A stretch of 64,000 nt of DNA from assembly GCA_964194865.1 (NCBI GenBank), contig CAXMOC010000275.1:1482-65481 (forward strand), given 5' to 3'. The notes under the pieces are model-generated. The model was not told where the DNA came from. It worked only from the letters and a program-made list of their open reading frames with translations, and searched no databases. This document shows positions 54,277 to 64,000 of the stretch, piece after piece. Within the stretch, counting starts at the first letter, position 1, and each line of letters begins with the position of its first letter. The position numbers and the translations under genes were made by a program. The DNA is from an uncultured Opitutales bacterium. Lineage in GTDB: Bacteria > Myxococcota_A > UBA9160 > SMWR01.

Positions 54277-54290
54277 GGGAATTCGTCGAC

Positions 54291-54992
54291 GTGTCCCGGA
54301 TCCTGATCGTGGAAGACGAGTCCCACCTGGCAGAGGGGCTGCGTTTCAATCTCGAGGCCGAGGGTCACCAGGTGGAGATCGCCGCGGACGGTCCCTCTGC
54401 CGAGCGAGCACTCGTCGACGCAGACCAACCTTTCGGCCTGGTGATCCTCGACCTGATGCTACCGGGCATGAGCGGATCCGAGGTGGCGCGCCGGGCCCGC
54501 GCCGCCGGAAACTTCGTACCGATCTTGATCCTTACGGCCAAGGATGCTGCTGAAGATCTGATCCGCGGCATCGAGGACGGTGCCGACGACTATCTGACGA
54601 AGCCTTTCCATCTCGACGAGCTGTTGGTGCGTGTCCGCGGCCTGCTCCGGCGTCGCCGCTGGGACGGGGTAGCGCCCGATACCGGATCGCTCCGGAGCTA
54701 CAAGATCGGCGACGTCGAGGTTCACTTCGACCGCTTCGAGTTGGAGACGCCGCGCGGATCGATCCAGCTGACTACTCGCGAGATGGGTCTGTTGCGTGCG
54801 CTGATCGAGCACGAGGGCGAGGCCGTCACGCGGGGCCATCTGCTCGAGGACGTGTGGGGGCTGCGTCCCGAGACGAAGACCCGGGTCGTCGATAGCTTCA
54901 TCGTTCGCCTCAGGCGTTACATCGAACCAGACCCTTCTGATCCTCAGCACATCGTTTCAGTCCGAGGCCACGGCTACCGATTGAACCGCTAG
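54291..54992 (+). CDS. OmpR-family response regulator
   Basis: GTG at 54291. ILIVEDE, DLMLPGMSG, LTAKD, TKPF. Winged-helix C-terminus VSVRGHGYRL. Confidence 0.9.
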   Translation: MSRILIVEDESHLAEGLRFNLEAEGHQVEIAADGPSAERALVDADQPFGLVILDLMLPGMSGSEVARRARAAGNFVPILILTAKDAAEDLIRGIEDGADDYLTKPFHLDELLVRVRGLLRRRRWDGVAPDTGSLRSYKIGDVEVHFDRFELETPRGSIQLTTREMGLLRALIEHEGEAVTRGHLLEDVWGLRPETKTRVVDSFIVRLRRYIEPDPSDPQHIVSVRGHGYRLNR

Positions 54993-55095
54993 CTCCCCCG
55001 GGCGCACCGGTTTCGCCCGCCGGGCGGTGTTCAGATTGGAGCTGTCTTTTCAACTCCGGGCGTGCCACCCTCCAACGGTGACCGATCCGCTGCTC

Positions 55096-55857
55096 ATGCG
55101 CGTCCAGCCCGCGCTTCGGGATGCCCCCCTGGTGTTGGCATTTACCGGTTGGAATGACGCTGGCGAAGCCGCGACCAGCGCCGTTCATTTCATCGAGGAT
55201 GCGATCTGTGCCGTGCCACTCGCCGACATCGACGGTGAGGAGTTCCTGGATTTCACCGTCGCGCGTCCCACGGTTCGCTTCGAACCGGGTCGCGGCCGGG
55301 TCATCGATTGGCCCAACACCGAGTTTCGTTACGGCTCCGTCGACTCCTCTCGCGAGCTCGTGATCGGGATTGGCCCCGAGCCGCATCTTCGCTGGCGCCG
55401 CTTCGGCGAGCTGATCGCCGGTTTCGTGCAGCGACTGGGAATTCAGCGGGTCGTGCTGCTCGGTGCGTACGTCGCAGACCTCGTCTACTCGCTACCAGTG
55501 ACGGTCAGCGGCTTCTCGACGGCCCCGGAGCCGCTGGACGCATTGGGGGTGTTGCCGACGGGATATCAGGGGCCCACTGGAATCGTCGGAGTGCTGGCGG
55601 ACCGTCTCGCGCAGGACGGCATCGAGGTTACGAGCTTCTGGGCGGGCCTACCGCACTACATCACCGTCTCCCCGAACCCTCGAGGAGCGCTCGCGCTAGT
55701 GCAGAAATTGACGGACTACCTCGGTATCAAGCTCGACGACGCTCCGCTGCGTCGTGAGGCAGCGCGCTACGAGCAGAGGATTTCCGAGCTGGTTGCCGGG
55801 GATCCGGATCTCAACGAGTACGTTCGCCAGCTGAAGCGGCGCGAGTTCGCCCAGTAG
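55096..55857 (+). CDS. PAC2 (proteasome assembly chaperone 2-like) family protein
   Basis: LRDAPLVLAFTGWNDAGEAATSAV N-terminal pattern. The start could also be the GTG at 55078. Confidence 0.7.
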   Translation: MRVQPALRDAPLVLAFTGWNDAGEAATSAVHFIEDAICAVPLADIDGEEFLDFTVARPTVRFEPGRGRVIDWPNTEFRYGSVDSSRELVIGIGPEPHLRWRRFGELIAGFVQRLGIQRVVLLGAYVADLVYSLPVTVSGFSTAPEPLDALGVLPTGYQGPTGIVGVLADRLAQDGIEVTSFWAGLPHYITVSPNPRGALALVQKLTDYLGIKLDDAPLRREAARYEQRISELVAGDPDLNEYVRQLKRREFAQ

Positions 55858-55869
55858 GCGAGCGTTGGG

Positions 55870-56121
55870 TCAAGCGAGCTCGATCGACTCCTCGATCAGC
55901 ATGACCGGAATTCCATCGTCTACCGGGTAGAGGATCTTGCCGTCTTCGCGAATCAGCCCCTCCGAGATCGGCGACTGGACGGGCTGGCCGCCGCGATTTC
56001 GCAGCTTCGCGGCTTGTATCTCGCGATTCAGCTCGGCCAGAACCTCGTCACTTGCGAGGGTGACCGGCTGCTTGGTTTCCGGACAGACGAGTATTTCGAG
56101 CAGCTCTTGACTCACCGTCAT
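55870..56121 (-). CDS. Trm112 family protein
   Basis: LLEILVCPETKQP ... DGIPVMLIEESI. 83 aa. Confidence 0.85.
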   Translation of the reverse strand: MTVSQELLEILVCPETKQPVTLASDEVLAELNREIQAAKLRNRGGQPVQSPISEGLIREDGKILYPVDDGIPVMLIEESIELA

Positions 56122-56679
56122 CGTGTAATCCTCGCGGCGATCCGGGCGTCGTCCCGGTTGGTTCAGATCGAAGGGCTCTCTCCCGCGCAGCAGAGAAGCC
56201 CGAATTCATTCATGAATTCCTCCCACGATGATACCAGCTCCTGGCTTCCGCGCACCGGAGACGAACAATGGTTGTTCAGAATCCCATCGAGGCTACGAGC
56301 CCCTGCAAGTCGGCCGACCGTTCGCTCTCAAGCCGAACGCTTGCGGGCAGGAAGCGCCGCAAAGGCGAATTGTCCCAAAAACCTGCAGATTCGGCGATTG
56401 CGACGGCTGTTGTCTTGACGCTGTCGTCTTGACGAAATGGGGCTTCCGTAGTATCCCACCGCCCGTCGATCGACCCGTAATGGAAGCACTTCCGAGTGTT
56501 TCCCCGCGGTCATCGGCGTTCCGTTCGCACTCCGGGGCCCGCGTCTGGTGACCAGCGCGGGGTTGGCGTAGGGTGGACTGTTCTTACTTCGATCGTCGCG
56601 AGCGCCGGCGGTTGGTCTGCGATCGGGCCCGTAGGATGGCCGAGACTTCTGACACCCGAAGGGGGCCCGAAGTTCCCGA

Positions 56680-57408
56680 ATGAGTCCGAATGGCACGACG
56701 TCTCGTCGCCCGGTTGCCGCTCTAGGGTTCATCTTCGCCTGCGCGGGCGCGATGGCCGGCCCGGCTCCGTCCGCCACTGCGGAAGAAGGCTCGCTCGTGG
56801 CCCGCAGCGTCTGCGAGGCTCACGAGCTGAAGCTCCTCAAGCAGGCGGATCCCCATCTCGAGATCGAGATTCCCAAGAAATTCGATACGCCGTGGCCCAC
56901 GCGAGAAGCTTGTCTCTCTCACGCCGCCGCGCTCGACGAGACAACGCCGGGCGTGGTCCAGCCGATTCCCTTCAGCCACAAGCACCACGCGGGTTCCTTC
57001 GATCTCGACTGCCAGTATTGCCACTCGGGCACCGACCGCTCGCCGTCGGCCGGCGTTCCTTCGGTTGAAGTCTGCATGGGCTGCCACAGCCAGTTTCCCG
57101 CCAGCTATGACGAACTCTCGGGCATTCAGACGCTCAAAGAGCACTGGGAGAGCAAGCAGACGATCGAGTGGATCCAGATCCACCGTGTGCCGGAACACGT
57201 ACAGTTCCGACACAATCGGCACGTCAAGGCGGGCGTCGAGTGCCGGGAGTGCCACGGTGCCGTCGAAGAGCTCGACAAGGTCTATATGCTGGAAGATACG
57301 AAGTGGTGGCCCTGGGGGCTCCCGACTCACACGCTCGAGATGGGCTGGTGCATTCAATGCCACCGCGCCAAGCGGGTCTCTCAGGATTGTTACACCTGCC
57401 ACTACTAA
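56680..57408 (+). CDS. actA: alternative complex III subunit ActA (pentaheme cytochrome c)
   Basis: Signal/anchor sequence. Five CxxCH motifs (CQYCH, CMGCH, CRECH, CIQCH, CYTCH). First gene of an act-type operon. Confidence 0.85.
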   Translation: MSPNGTTSRRPVAALGFIFACAGAMAGPAPSATAEEGSLVARSVCEAHELKLLKQADPHLEIEIPKKFDTPWPTREACLSHAAALDETTPGVVQPIPFSHKHHAGSFDLDCQYCHSGTDRSPSAGVPSVEVCMGCHSQFPASYDELSGIQTLKEHWESKQTIEWIQIHRVPEHVQFRHNRHVKAGVECRECHGAVEELDKVYMLEDTKWWPWGLPTHTLEMGWCIQCHRAKRVSQDCYTCHY

Positions 57409-57443
57409 ACACAACGGGCGGAGAGCGCCCAGAACAGGAACTC

Positions 57444-60400
57444 ATGGCTGAGATCGATCGTCGAAATTTCCTGAAGCTCGTCGGTGTCGGTGCGGGTGCC
57501 GCTGCAGCCAGCGGTTGTTCCGACATTCCCCAGAAGCTGATTCCCTACGTCGTGCAGCCCGAGGAGATTACACCGGGGCTGGCGGTTACCTACGCGTCCA
57601 CATGCCAGGAGTGCCCGGCCGGCTGCGGGCTGCACGTTCGAACCCGCGAGGGCCGGCCGGTGAAGCTCGAGGGTAATCCCGATCACCCGATCAACCGCGG
57701 GTCGCTTTGCGCGCGTGGTCAAGCCGGTATCGGTCGCACCTATTTGCCGGACCGTTACCCCGGTCCGATGCTGCGTCAGGCCGACGGCGGTTACGAGCCG
57801 ATTACCTGGCCCGAAGCACACGAACTGCTCGCCAAGAAGGTGACCGCCGCGGGGACGAGAACGCGCGTGCTTTCGGGAGCCAGCGGACCGACGCTCAGCG
57901 GACTGATCGCTCGATGGGTATCGGCCGTCGGAGCGGGCGGGAACGTCGTCTACGAGCCCTTCGACTACCGGGTTCTCCAGGAGGCCTCGCGCGCGGTCTT
58001 CGGGATCGCGAGCCAGCCGCGTTTCGATCTCGGCCAGGCGGATTTCATCATCGACTTCGGGTCGGATTTTCTCGAGAGCTGGACGTCGCCTCCGGAGCAC
58101 GGCCGTCAGTTCGCCGAGGCGCGCGCGGTCAGCAAACCAGATGGCGGCGCACGCCTGGTCTACGTCGGCCCCCGGCTCACTCTTACGGCGGGAAACTCGG
58201 ACGAGTGGTTGCCGGCGCGGCCGGGCACCGAGGGGGTGTTGGCGCTCGGAATCGCGCGCGCCGCGCTCGACGAGGCACGGGCGACCGGCGCTTCAGCGCC
58301 CTCGCTGGAACAACTCGACGAGCTCCTCAGCGGCTACGGGGCCAACTCCGTCTCGGCGATCACCGAGGTGCCCGCGGCCACCATCCAGCGGCTCGGTCGG
58401 ACGCTGGCCCGGGCAGCTCGCCCGGTGGCCTTGCCTCCCGGCGTCGCGCTGACCAGTAGCCGGGCGACGGCGACCGCTGCGGCGGTCCTGGTTCTCAACG
58501 TGGTGGTGGGTGCCCTTGGTGAGACGCTGCTCGTCACGCCCCAGGTGTCTACCCCCGGCCAGGTCTCGAGCTTCCAAGACGTGCTGAGTCTCGTCGACGC
58601 CATGCAGGCGGGCCAGGTCGGAGTCTTGCTGATCCACGACGCCAACCCGGTCTACTCGATGCCGGACGATTCGGGCTTTGCAGCTGCGCTCAAGCGAGTC
58701 GACTTCGTTGTATCGACCGCCTCTGGCCCCGACGAAACCAGCGAAAGCGCTGATTTGATCCTGCCGGATCACACGCCGATGGAATCCTGGGGCGACTCCT
58801 CGCCGCGACCGGGAGTGCGCTCGATCGTCCAACCGACCATTCGCCCGCTTCAGGACACGCAGGCGTTCGGCGATACGCTGATCGCGACCGCGAAGGCCAT
58901 GGGTGAAGCCACCGCCGCGCAGTTGCCGTCGGGCAGCTTCCGCTCGGTTCTCGAAGAAGCGTGGTCGGGTACCGACTTTCGCGCAGCGCTGGCGGCGGGC
59001 GGCGTTTTCCAGGGCGATGGCATCGGCGGTGCTGCGGTGCTCTCGGCGAACCTGGCGGCTCTCGATTTCGCGGAGCCCAGCCTCGTGGGAGATGGCTCGT
59101 TCACCTTGCTGCCCTTTCCCTCGCCGCTGCTCTCCGACGGGCGCGGAGCCAACCTGCCGTGGCTTCAGGAGACGCCTGACCCCGTCATGAAGGTGGCGTG
59201 GCAGTCCTGGGCCGAAATCAGTCACGGCGCCGCGGAAACCCTCGGCGTCGAGTACGGCGACGTCGTCTCCGTGAAGACGCCGCAAGGCCAGGTTGAGCTG
59301 CCGGTGGTGCCGCGGGGCGGAATTCGCGACGACGTGATTGCGATCGGTATCGGCCAGGGCCATCGCGTCGGGTTCTACGCGTCGCGCGCCGACGATGGGA
59401 AGCCGGGCCAGCGCGGCGTGAGTGTGATCTCGATTCTCCCGGCTGCGACGGACGAGACCGGCAGCCGGGCCTGGCTCACCGCCATGGCCTCCGTGCGCGC
59501 AACGGGTGAGCGGCGGCCTGTGGCGAAGACCCAGGAGAACGACAACAAGCGCGGCCGCAAGCTCGGCGAGGCCGTCTCGTTGGCGGCGCTCGCCGAGGCC
59601 CAAGAGACCGCGCACGCCGGAGGCGGCGAGGCCGAGGGCCACGGCGGCGGCCACGAGATGCTCCGTCCCTTTGATCCGGCCGACGACAGCAGCGAAGACA
59701 GCGCCTACCGCTGGGGCATGACGATCGACCTCGATCGCTGCAACGGTTGCAGCGCCTGCGTGGTGGCGTGCTCGATCGAGAACAACGTCGTGAACGTGGG
59801 AGAAGAGCTGGTCCTGATGGACCGTCAGATGCACTGGCTGCGGATCGAGCGCTTCATCGGGGATGGCGAGGCCGACCTCGAAACCGGCCGCAATCTTCCC
59901 CGCGATAATGAAGAACTCGGTAACACCGACGTTCGCCACTCGCCAATGCTGTGTCAGCAATGCGGTGCAGCCCCCTGTGAACCCGTCTGCCCGGTCTTTG
60001 CGACGTATCACAATCAAGAAGGCCTCAACGGGATGATCTACAACCGCTGCATCGGCACGCGGTACTGCTCGAACAACTGTCCCTACAAGGTGCGTCGCTA
60101 CAACTGGTACGACTACGCGATCGAGAACATCCACGAGCCGATGAATCTCATGCTGAACCCGGACGTCACGGTTCGGGGGCAGGGAGTGATGGAGAAATGC
60201 ACGTTCTGCGTGCAGCGGATCGAAAACGGTCGACAGCTCGCAAAGGACGAAGGGCGGCCGATTGCCGATGGTGAGGTCACGCCGGCCTGCGCCCAGACTT
60301 GCCCAACCCAGGCCATCACATTCGGCAACCTGAAGGACGACCAGAGTCGATCCGTGCAGCGGGCCGATAAGAATGCTGCGCGGTCCTATCACGCCCTGCA

Positions 60401-60470
60401 CGAGCTGAACACGCGACCCTCGATCACCTACCTGGCCAAGGTGACACGGGGCACCAAGGGAGAAGGATGA
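57444..60470 (+). CDS. actB: alternative complex III subunit ActB (molybdopterin-oxidoreductase-like + FeS domains)
   Basis: ATG at 57444. Tat motif [10 protein letters not shown]. Cys clusters [48 protein letters not shown]. Confidence 0.88.
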   Translation: MAEIDRRNFLKLVGVGAGAAAASGCSDIPQKLIPYVVQPEEITPGLAVTYASTCQECPAGCGLHVRTREGRPVKLEGNPDHPINRGSLCARGQAGIGRTYLPDRYPGPMLRQADGGYEPITWPEAHELLAKKVTAAGTRTRVLSGASGPTLSGLIARWVSAVGAGGNVVYEPFDYRVLQEASRAVFGIASQPRFDLGQADFIIDFGSDFLESWTSPPEHGRQFAEARAVSKPDGGARLVYVGPRLTLTAGNSDEWLPARPGTEGVLALGIARAALDEARATGASAPSLEQLDELLSGYGANSVSAITEVPAATIQRLGRTLARAARPVALPPGVALTSSRATATAAAVLVLNVVVGALGETLLVTPQVSTPGQVSSFQDVLSLVDAMQAGQVGVLLIHDANPVYSMPDDSGFAAALKRVDFVVSTASGPDETSESADLILPDHTPMESWGDSSPRPGVRSIVQPTIRPLQDTQAFGDTLIATAKAMGEATAAQLPSGSFRSVLEEAWSGTDFRAALAAGGVFQGDGIGGAAVLSANLAALDFAEPSLVGDGSFTLLPFPSPLLSDGRGANLPWLQETPDPVMKVAWQSWAEISHGAAETLGVEYGDVVSVKTPQGQVELPVVPRGGIRDDVIAIGIGQGHRVGFYASRADDGKPGQRGVSVISILPAATDETGSRAWLTAMASVRATGERRPVAKTQENDNKRGRKLGEAVSLAALAEAQETAHAGGGEAEGHGGGHEMLRPFDPADDSSEDSAYRWGMTIDLDRCNGCSACVVACSIENNVVNVGEELVLMDRQMHWLRIERFIGDGEADLETGRNLPRDNEELGNTDVRHSPMLCQQCGAAPCEPVCPVFATYHNQEGLNGMIYNRCIGTRYCSNNCPYKVRRYNWYDYAIENIHEPMNLMLNPDVTVRGQGVMEKCTFCVQRIENGRQLAKDEGRPIADGEVTPACAQTCPTQAITFGNLKDDQSRSVQRADKNAARSYHALHELNTRPSITYLAKVTRGTKGEG

Positions 60471-61840
60471 CGCCGCCTCCCGCTGACTCTGTTGCTGCGA
60501 TGATTCGTCCCGCTCCGCTGCGATCGGATTCGAAGACGAATCGCGATCTGCTGTCGGTCATGCAGGGGGCGCCGCTGGGTTACTGGCTCCTGCTGGGCAC
60601 GGCGTTGTTGTTCATGCACATCGCAGGTGGGATCTGGGTCTACCAGGTCTATAAGGGCCTCGGAATCGCCGGCTATGCGCATCCCGTTTTCTGGGGCGTC
60701 TACATCGTCACCTTCGTCTTCTGGGTCGGGATCGCCCATGCGGGCACCCTGATTTCGGCCATCCTCTACCTCTTCCGGGCGAAGTGGCGCAATGCAATCA
60801 ACCGGGGCGCCGAAGCCATGACGGTCTTCGCTGTGCTGACGGCTGCGCAGTTCCTCGGCATTCACGTCGGTCGGATGTGGAAGGCCTACTTCATCCTGCC
60901 GTATCCCAATCAGCGCGGGTTGTGGGTCAATTTCAAGAGCCCCCTGCTCTGGGATACGTTCGCGATCACTACTTACGCGACGATTTCGATCTTGTTCCTG
61001 TACGTCGGCCTGATTCCCGATCTGGCGATCGCCCGGGACCGCGCAACGGGTTGGAAGAAGGTCCTCTACACGGTCCTTGCACTGGGATGGCAGGGAAGCT
61101 CGGGGCAGTGGAAGGCCCACAACCGCTCGGTTCTCCACCTCTCCGGTCTCGCCACTCCACTGGTGCTCTCCGTGCACAGCGTGGTTTCGTGGGACTTCGC
61201 AGTGGCCCTCGTTCCGGGTTGGCATACCACGATCTTCGCACCCTATTTCGTCGCCGGTGCCATCTTCTCCGGCTTCGCCATGGTTCTCACCTTGATGATC
61301 CCAGTACGTCGGATCTTCGGTCTCGAGGCCTACATCACCGACTACCACTTCGAGAACATGTCGCGTTTCATCCTGTTGACATCGATCATTGTCGGCTACG
61401 CGTACGCCGCGGAGTATTTCATCGCCTGGTACAGCGGCGTCGAGCCCGAGCAGACTGCCTTTTGGCTGCGAGCCTTCGGTCCCTATTGGATCTCGACCTG
61501 GATAATGATCACCTGCAACGGCATCTTGCCCCAGCTGCTGTGGTTCAAGAAGCTGCGAACCAACGTACCGTTTCTCTTTGTGCTTTCGGTTTTGATCAAC
61601 ATTGGAATGTGGTTTGAACGCTACGTCATCATCATCACCGGGCTTTCTCGCGAATACGATCCAGCGGTCTGGGGTGTGTACATTCCGAGCTGGCCCGAGA
61701 TGGGAATTCTGGCCGGAAGCTTCGGGTTCTTCTGCACCTTCTTTTTGATCTTCCTGAAGCTGTTTCCGATCGTGGCGATCGCCGAGATGAAGGAGATCTC
61801 GATCCACGAAAAGGCGCACGCGACCGAAGGAGTCCACTGA
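60467..61840 (+). CDS. actC: alternative complex III subunit ActC (NrfD/PsrC-like membrane quinol-interacting subunit)
   Basis: ATGA overlap with actB. Polytopic protein, 457 aa. Confidence 0.85.
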   Translation: MTPPPADSVAAMIRPAPLRSDSKTNRDLLSVMQGAPLGYWLLLGTALLFMHIAGGIWVYQVYKGLGIAGYAHPVFWGVYIVTFVFWVGIAHAGTLISAILYLFRAKWRNAINRGAEAMTVFAVLTAAQFLGIHVGRMWKAYFILPYPNQRGLWVNFKSPLLWDTFAITTYATISILFLYVGLIPDLAIARDRATGWKKVLYTVLALGWQGSSGQWKAHNRSVLHLSGLATPLVLSVHSVVSWDFAVALVPGWHTTIFAPYFVAGAIFSGFAMVLTLMIPVRRIFGLEAYITDYHFENMSRFILLTSIIVGYAYAAEYFIAWYSGVEPEQTAFWLRAFGPYWISTWIMITCNGILPQLLWFKKLRTNVPFLFVLSVLINIGMWFERYVIIITGLSREYDPAVWGVYIPSWPEMGILAGSFGFFCTFFLIFLKLFPIVAIAEMKEISIHEKAHATEGVH

Positions 61841-62343
61841 TGCCGGTACTGATGGGCATCTACGATCTTCCCGGCCAGGCAGCCGGCGTGGCGAAGCAGT
61901 TGCGCGGCCGCGGCTATACCGACATCGAGACCTACGCGCCGGCTCCTTTTAGCGAGGTCGAGGATGCAATCGATCCCAAACCCAGCAGGGTGCGGCTGTT
62001 CACCTTGATTGGGGGCCTGACGGGCGTGGTCGCCGGCTACGCGATGACGATCTGGATGGTGAACGATTGGCAGATCATGATCGGCGGCAAGCCCTTCAGC
62101 TCGATTCCGCCCTTCACGATCATCGCCTTCGAGCTCACCATCCTCTTCGCCGGCGTGATGACCGTTCTCGGTCTCTTCGTCTTCGGTCGGCTACCCCGAT
62201 TCAAGATCGATTCCGCCTACAGCGCGAGGTTCTCAGGCGAAGAGTTCGGTGTGGTGGTTCGGTGTCGCGACCGCGACGTCGCCGAGATCGACACGCTGTT
62301 TCGGGATCACGACGCGACGGAGGTCTCCCTTGTCGAGTCGTAG
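61840..62343 (+). CDS. actD: alternative complex III subunit ActD (DUF3341)
   Basis: TGATG overlap with actC. MPVLMGIYD... soluble head followed by two TM helices. Confidence 0.75.
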   Translation: MPVLMGIYDLPGQAAGVAKQLRGRGYTDIETYAPAPFSEVEDAIDPKPSRVRLFTLIGGLTGVVAGYAMTIWMVNDWQIMIGGKPFSSIPPFTIIAFELTILFAGVMTVLGLFVFGRLPRFKIDSAYSARFSGEEFGVVVRCRDRDVAEIDTLFRDHDATEVSLVES

Positions 62344-62344
62344 A

Positions 62345-62914
62345 GTGCCGAAGTTGTCGCGGACCTTCTTCGTCCTGGTCGCGCTGTCTCTGACGACCGC
62401 AGTCGGTTGCTGGGAGCAGTGGTCGGTGGATTGGTTTCCACAGATGAAGTGGCAGAAGGCGGTTCAGGCCTACGAACTGGTGGAGTATCGAGGGCAGGTG
62501 GAGGGGTTCATTCCACCGGAGGGAACGGTTCCTATCGATGGTGGCGAGGCCGCGGTGTCCAATATTCTCGATTCCGCGTCGGACCACCTCGTCAATCCAA
62601 CGTTGTCGACCCTGGAGTCGCTCGAGAACGGTCGAGTTCAGTACGAACGATATTGCGCCGCCTGTCATGGCGTGACTGGCCACGGCGATGGGCCGGTGAG
62701 CATGACCGGCTCCATCAACGGGCCGCTGGCAGGAGTCTTGGCCGTCGCGGGGCCCGCGAGCATCGCCCGGGTCCGTAGCGACGGACACATCTACACCACG
62801 ATTCGCGCGGGTCGACGTCGCATGCCGGGCTACAACCGCATCGCGGCTCCGGACCGCTGGGACATCGTGAACTACGTCCGTTACCTCAACAACCCGAGTG
62901 GGAGTCTCCAGTGA
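62345..62914 (+). CDS. actE: alternative complex III subunit ActE (monoheme cytochrome c lipoprotein)
   Basis: GTG at 62345. Lipobox LTTAVGC. Single CAACHG. Operon position. Confidence 0.75.
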   Translation: MPKLSRTFFVLVALSLTTAVGCWEQWSVDWFPQMKWQKAVQAYELVEYRGQVEGFIPPEGTVPIDGGEAAVSNILDSASDHLVNPTLSTLESLENGRVQYERYCAACHGVTGHGDGPVSMTGSINGPLAGVLAVAGPASIARVRSDGHIYTTIRAGRRRMPGYNRIAAPDRWDIVNYVRYLNNPSGSLQ

Positions 62915-64000
62915 GCGCGGCTCGATTGGAAAGGGCGAATCCGCGCGATCTACCGACGGCGCTGGTGAGTGTATGCCTGGTTCTGGTGGCGGTCGGTGCC
63001 GTTGCCTTCGTCGCGGGCCTGATGACGGACCCGGAAACGGCTTGGAGAGCCTATCACGTCAACTTCATCTATTTCGCCACCCTGGCTCAGGGGGGGCTCT
63101 GCCTCTCGTGTGCCATCGTGATCATCGATGCCAAGTGGCCCGGGCCGGTGCGCCACGTGGCCGGGGGAATCGCCGCCTGGGTTCCCATCAGCTTCGTCCT
63201 CCTCGCCATCGGCTACTTCGGTCGTGAAGCGATCCACACCAATTGGATTCACGGTGCACCCCATGGCAAGGAGGGGTGGCTGACGATCCCCCGGGTCTAC
63301 ATCACGGATCTCGCGATTCTTCTGGTGCTAGCTTTGCTGACGATCCGATTTCTGAGGCTTTCGGTGCGGCCGGCACTCCACGGTGCCGCCGACCAGGCGA
63401 CTCGGGCGAAGGGAATGTTCGCGCGCTGGTCCGCTGACTGGCGCGGCGACGAGATCGAGCAGGCGGAGTCCGAGAGAAAACTGCGCGTTCTGGCACCGAT
63501 CATCGCGTTGCTCTATGCCTTCGGCTACACCGTGGTCGGTTACGACCAGGTCATGTCCCTGACGCCAACCTGGTATTCGACGATGTTCGGCTGGTACTTC
63601 GCCTGGAGTGGCTTCTTGTCGGGCATCGCCATGACGGCGTTGATCTGCGTGCTGTTGCGCAACGCGCCGAGCTGGAAGGAAGAAATCACCAAGGATCGAC
63701 TTCACGACCTCGGCAAGATGCTCTTCGCCTTCTCGATCTTCTGGATGTATCTCTTCTTCTCCCAGTACATCGTGATCTGGTACGGAAATCTTCCGGAAGA
63801 GACGCAGTTCTTCGAGCTTCGGCTGGGCTCCCAGTTTCTCCAGGACACCTGGTTCTTCGTCTCCGAGCGGCTCTCGGAGCCTTACGTCCCCGTCTCCCTC
63901 GCCGCCTGGGCCGGCTGTTGGATCATTCCCTTCTGGGTGTTGCTCGGTCAGGCGCCCAAGCGCAGCTGGTACATTCTCGGCCCGGTCTCGGTCGTGATGC
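62911..64000 (+). CDS. actF: alternative complex III subunit ActF (NrfD-like membrane subunit), 3' end outside window
   Basis: Not in the ORF track because there is no stop before the window end. GTGA overlap with actE. I translated frame 1 from 62911 to 64000 and found no stop. The product is polytopic (VSAARLERANPRDL...WYGNLPEETQFF). Confidence 0.75.
   Translation, partial: MSAARLERANPRDLPTALVSVCLVLVAVGAVAFVAGLMTDPETAWRAYHVNFIYFATLAQGGLCLSCAIVIIDAKWPGPVRHVAGGIAAWVPISFVLLAIGYFGREAIHTNWIHGAPHGKEGWLTIPRVYITDLAILLVLALLTIRFLRLSVRPALHGAADQATRAKGMFARWSADWRGDEIEQAESERKLRVLAPIIALLYAFGYTVVGYDQVMSLTPTWYSTMFGWYFAWSGFLSGIAMTALICVLLRNAPSWKEEITKDRLHDLGKMLFAFSIFWMYLFFSQYIVIWYGNLPEETQFFELRLGSQFLQDTWFFVSERLSEPYVPVSLAAWAGCWIIPFWVLLGQAPKRSWYILGPVSVVM

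Noticed and set aside
53121-54290. The 390-aa N-terminal extension of the response-regulator ORF (53121..54992).
   Set aside because: It overlaps the histidine kinase gene in another frame and is Arg/Gly-rich. The receiver domain starts cleanly at the GTG at 54291.
56429-56454. A TTGACG ... TAGTAT sigma70-like promoter upstream of actA.
   Set aside because: The spacer is only 14 nt, whereas 16-18 nt is needed.
56228-56551. ORFs in the trm112-actA gap (56228..56551 +, 56328..56777 -, 56014..56418 +), considered as missing genes.
   Set aside because: The translations lack protein-like composition and motifs, and there are no SD-led starts. The region is better treated as non-coding regulatory DNA.

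Overview
GC-rich bacterial chromosomal segment from a diderm organism (lipoboxes, an OMP-type beta-barrel protein, Tat and Sec signals). It is densely coding on both strands, with about 50 protein genes and one tRNA-Gln. Most content is core metabolism and information processing: Lhr helicase (5' end off-window), a small glycosyltransferase/methyltransferase cluster, enoyl-CoA hydratase, SDR, EttA, TypA/BipA, PhyH-type dioxygenase, GlpD, Zn-ADH, cupin, ClpP, DapL, an AGPS-like FAD oxidase next to a luciferase-like oxidoreductase, an alanine/cation symporter, an ADP-forming acyl-CoA synthetase, XthA, SpeA, HisS, HIT, topoisomerase III, a histidine kinase/OmpR pair, PAC2, Trm112, and a complete alternative complex III operon actABCDEF (actF runs off the 3' end). 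Five things are less ordinary. (1) A DsbA/HCCA-isomerase-fold gene has its catalytic codon as an in-frame TGA, preceded by a Shine-Dalgarno (SD)-led start and followed by a SECIS-like hairpin, so it is a candidate selenoprotein that ORF calling truncates. (2) Nine tandem 20-22 bp repeats, most with a CCGTCGG palindromic core, sit in the 504 bp divergent region upstream of typA. (3) An exosortase-EpsI fusion is followed by a type IV pilin-like gene and a PilZ gene, next to a TPR lipoprotein / FG-GAP operon. (4) A 1517-aa cysteine-rich DUF1302-like outer-membrane protein lies convergent with a DUF1329 protein, which is divergent from a sensor-less two-component pair. (5) A membrane-anchored pentaheme cytochrome is translationally coupled to a secreted monoheme protein. 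I saw no CRISPR array, transposase, integrase, rRNA or obvious defence genes. Many long ORFs in the track are antisense or alternate-frame shadows typical of high-GC DNA. All family assignments come from motif recognition by eye, not database searches.
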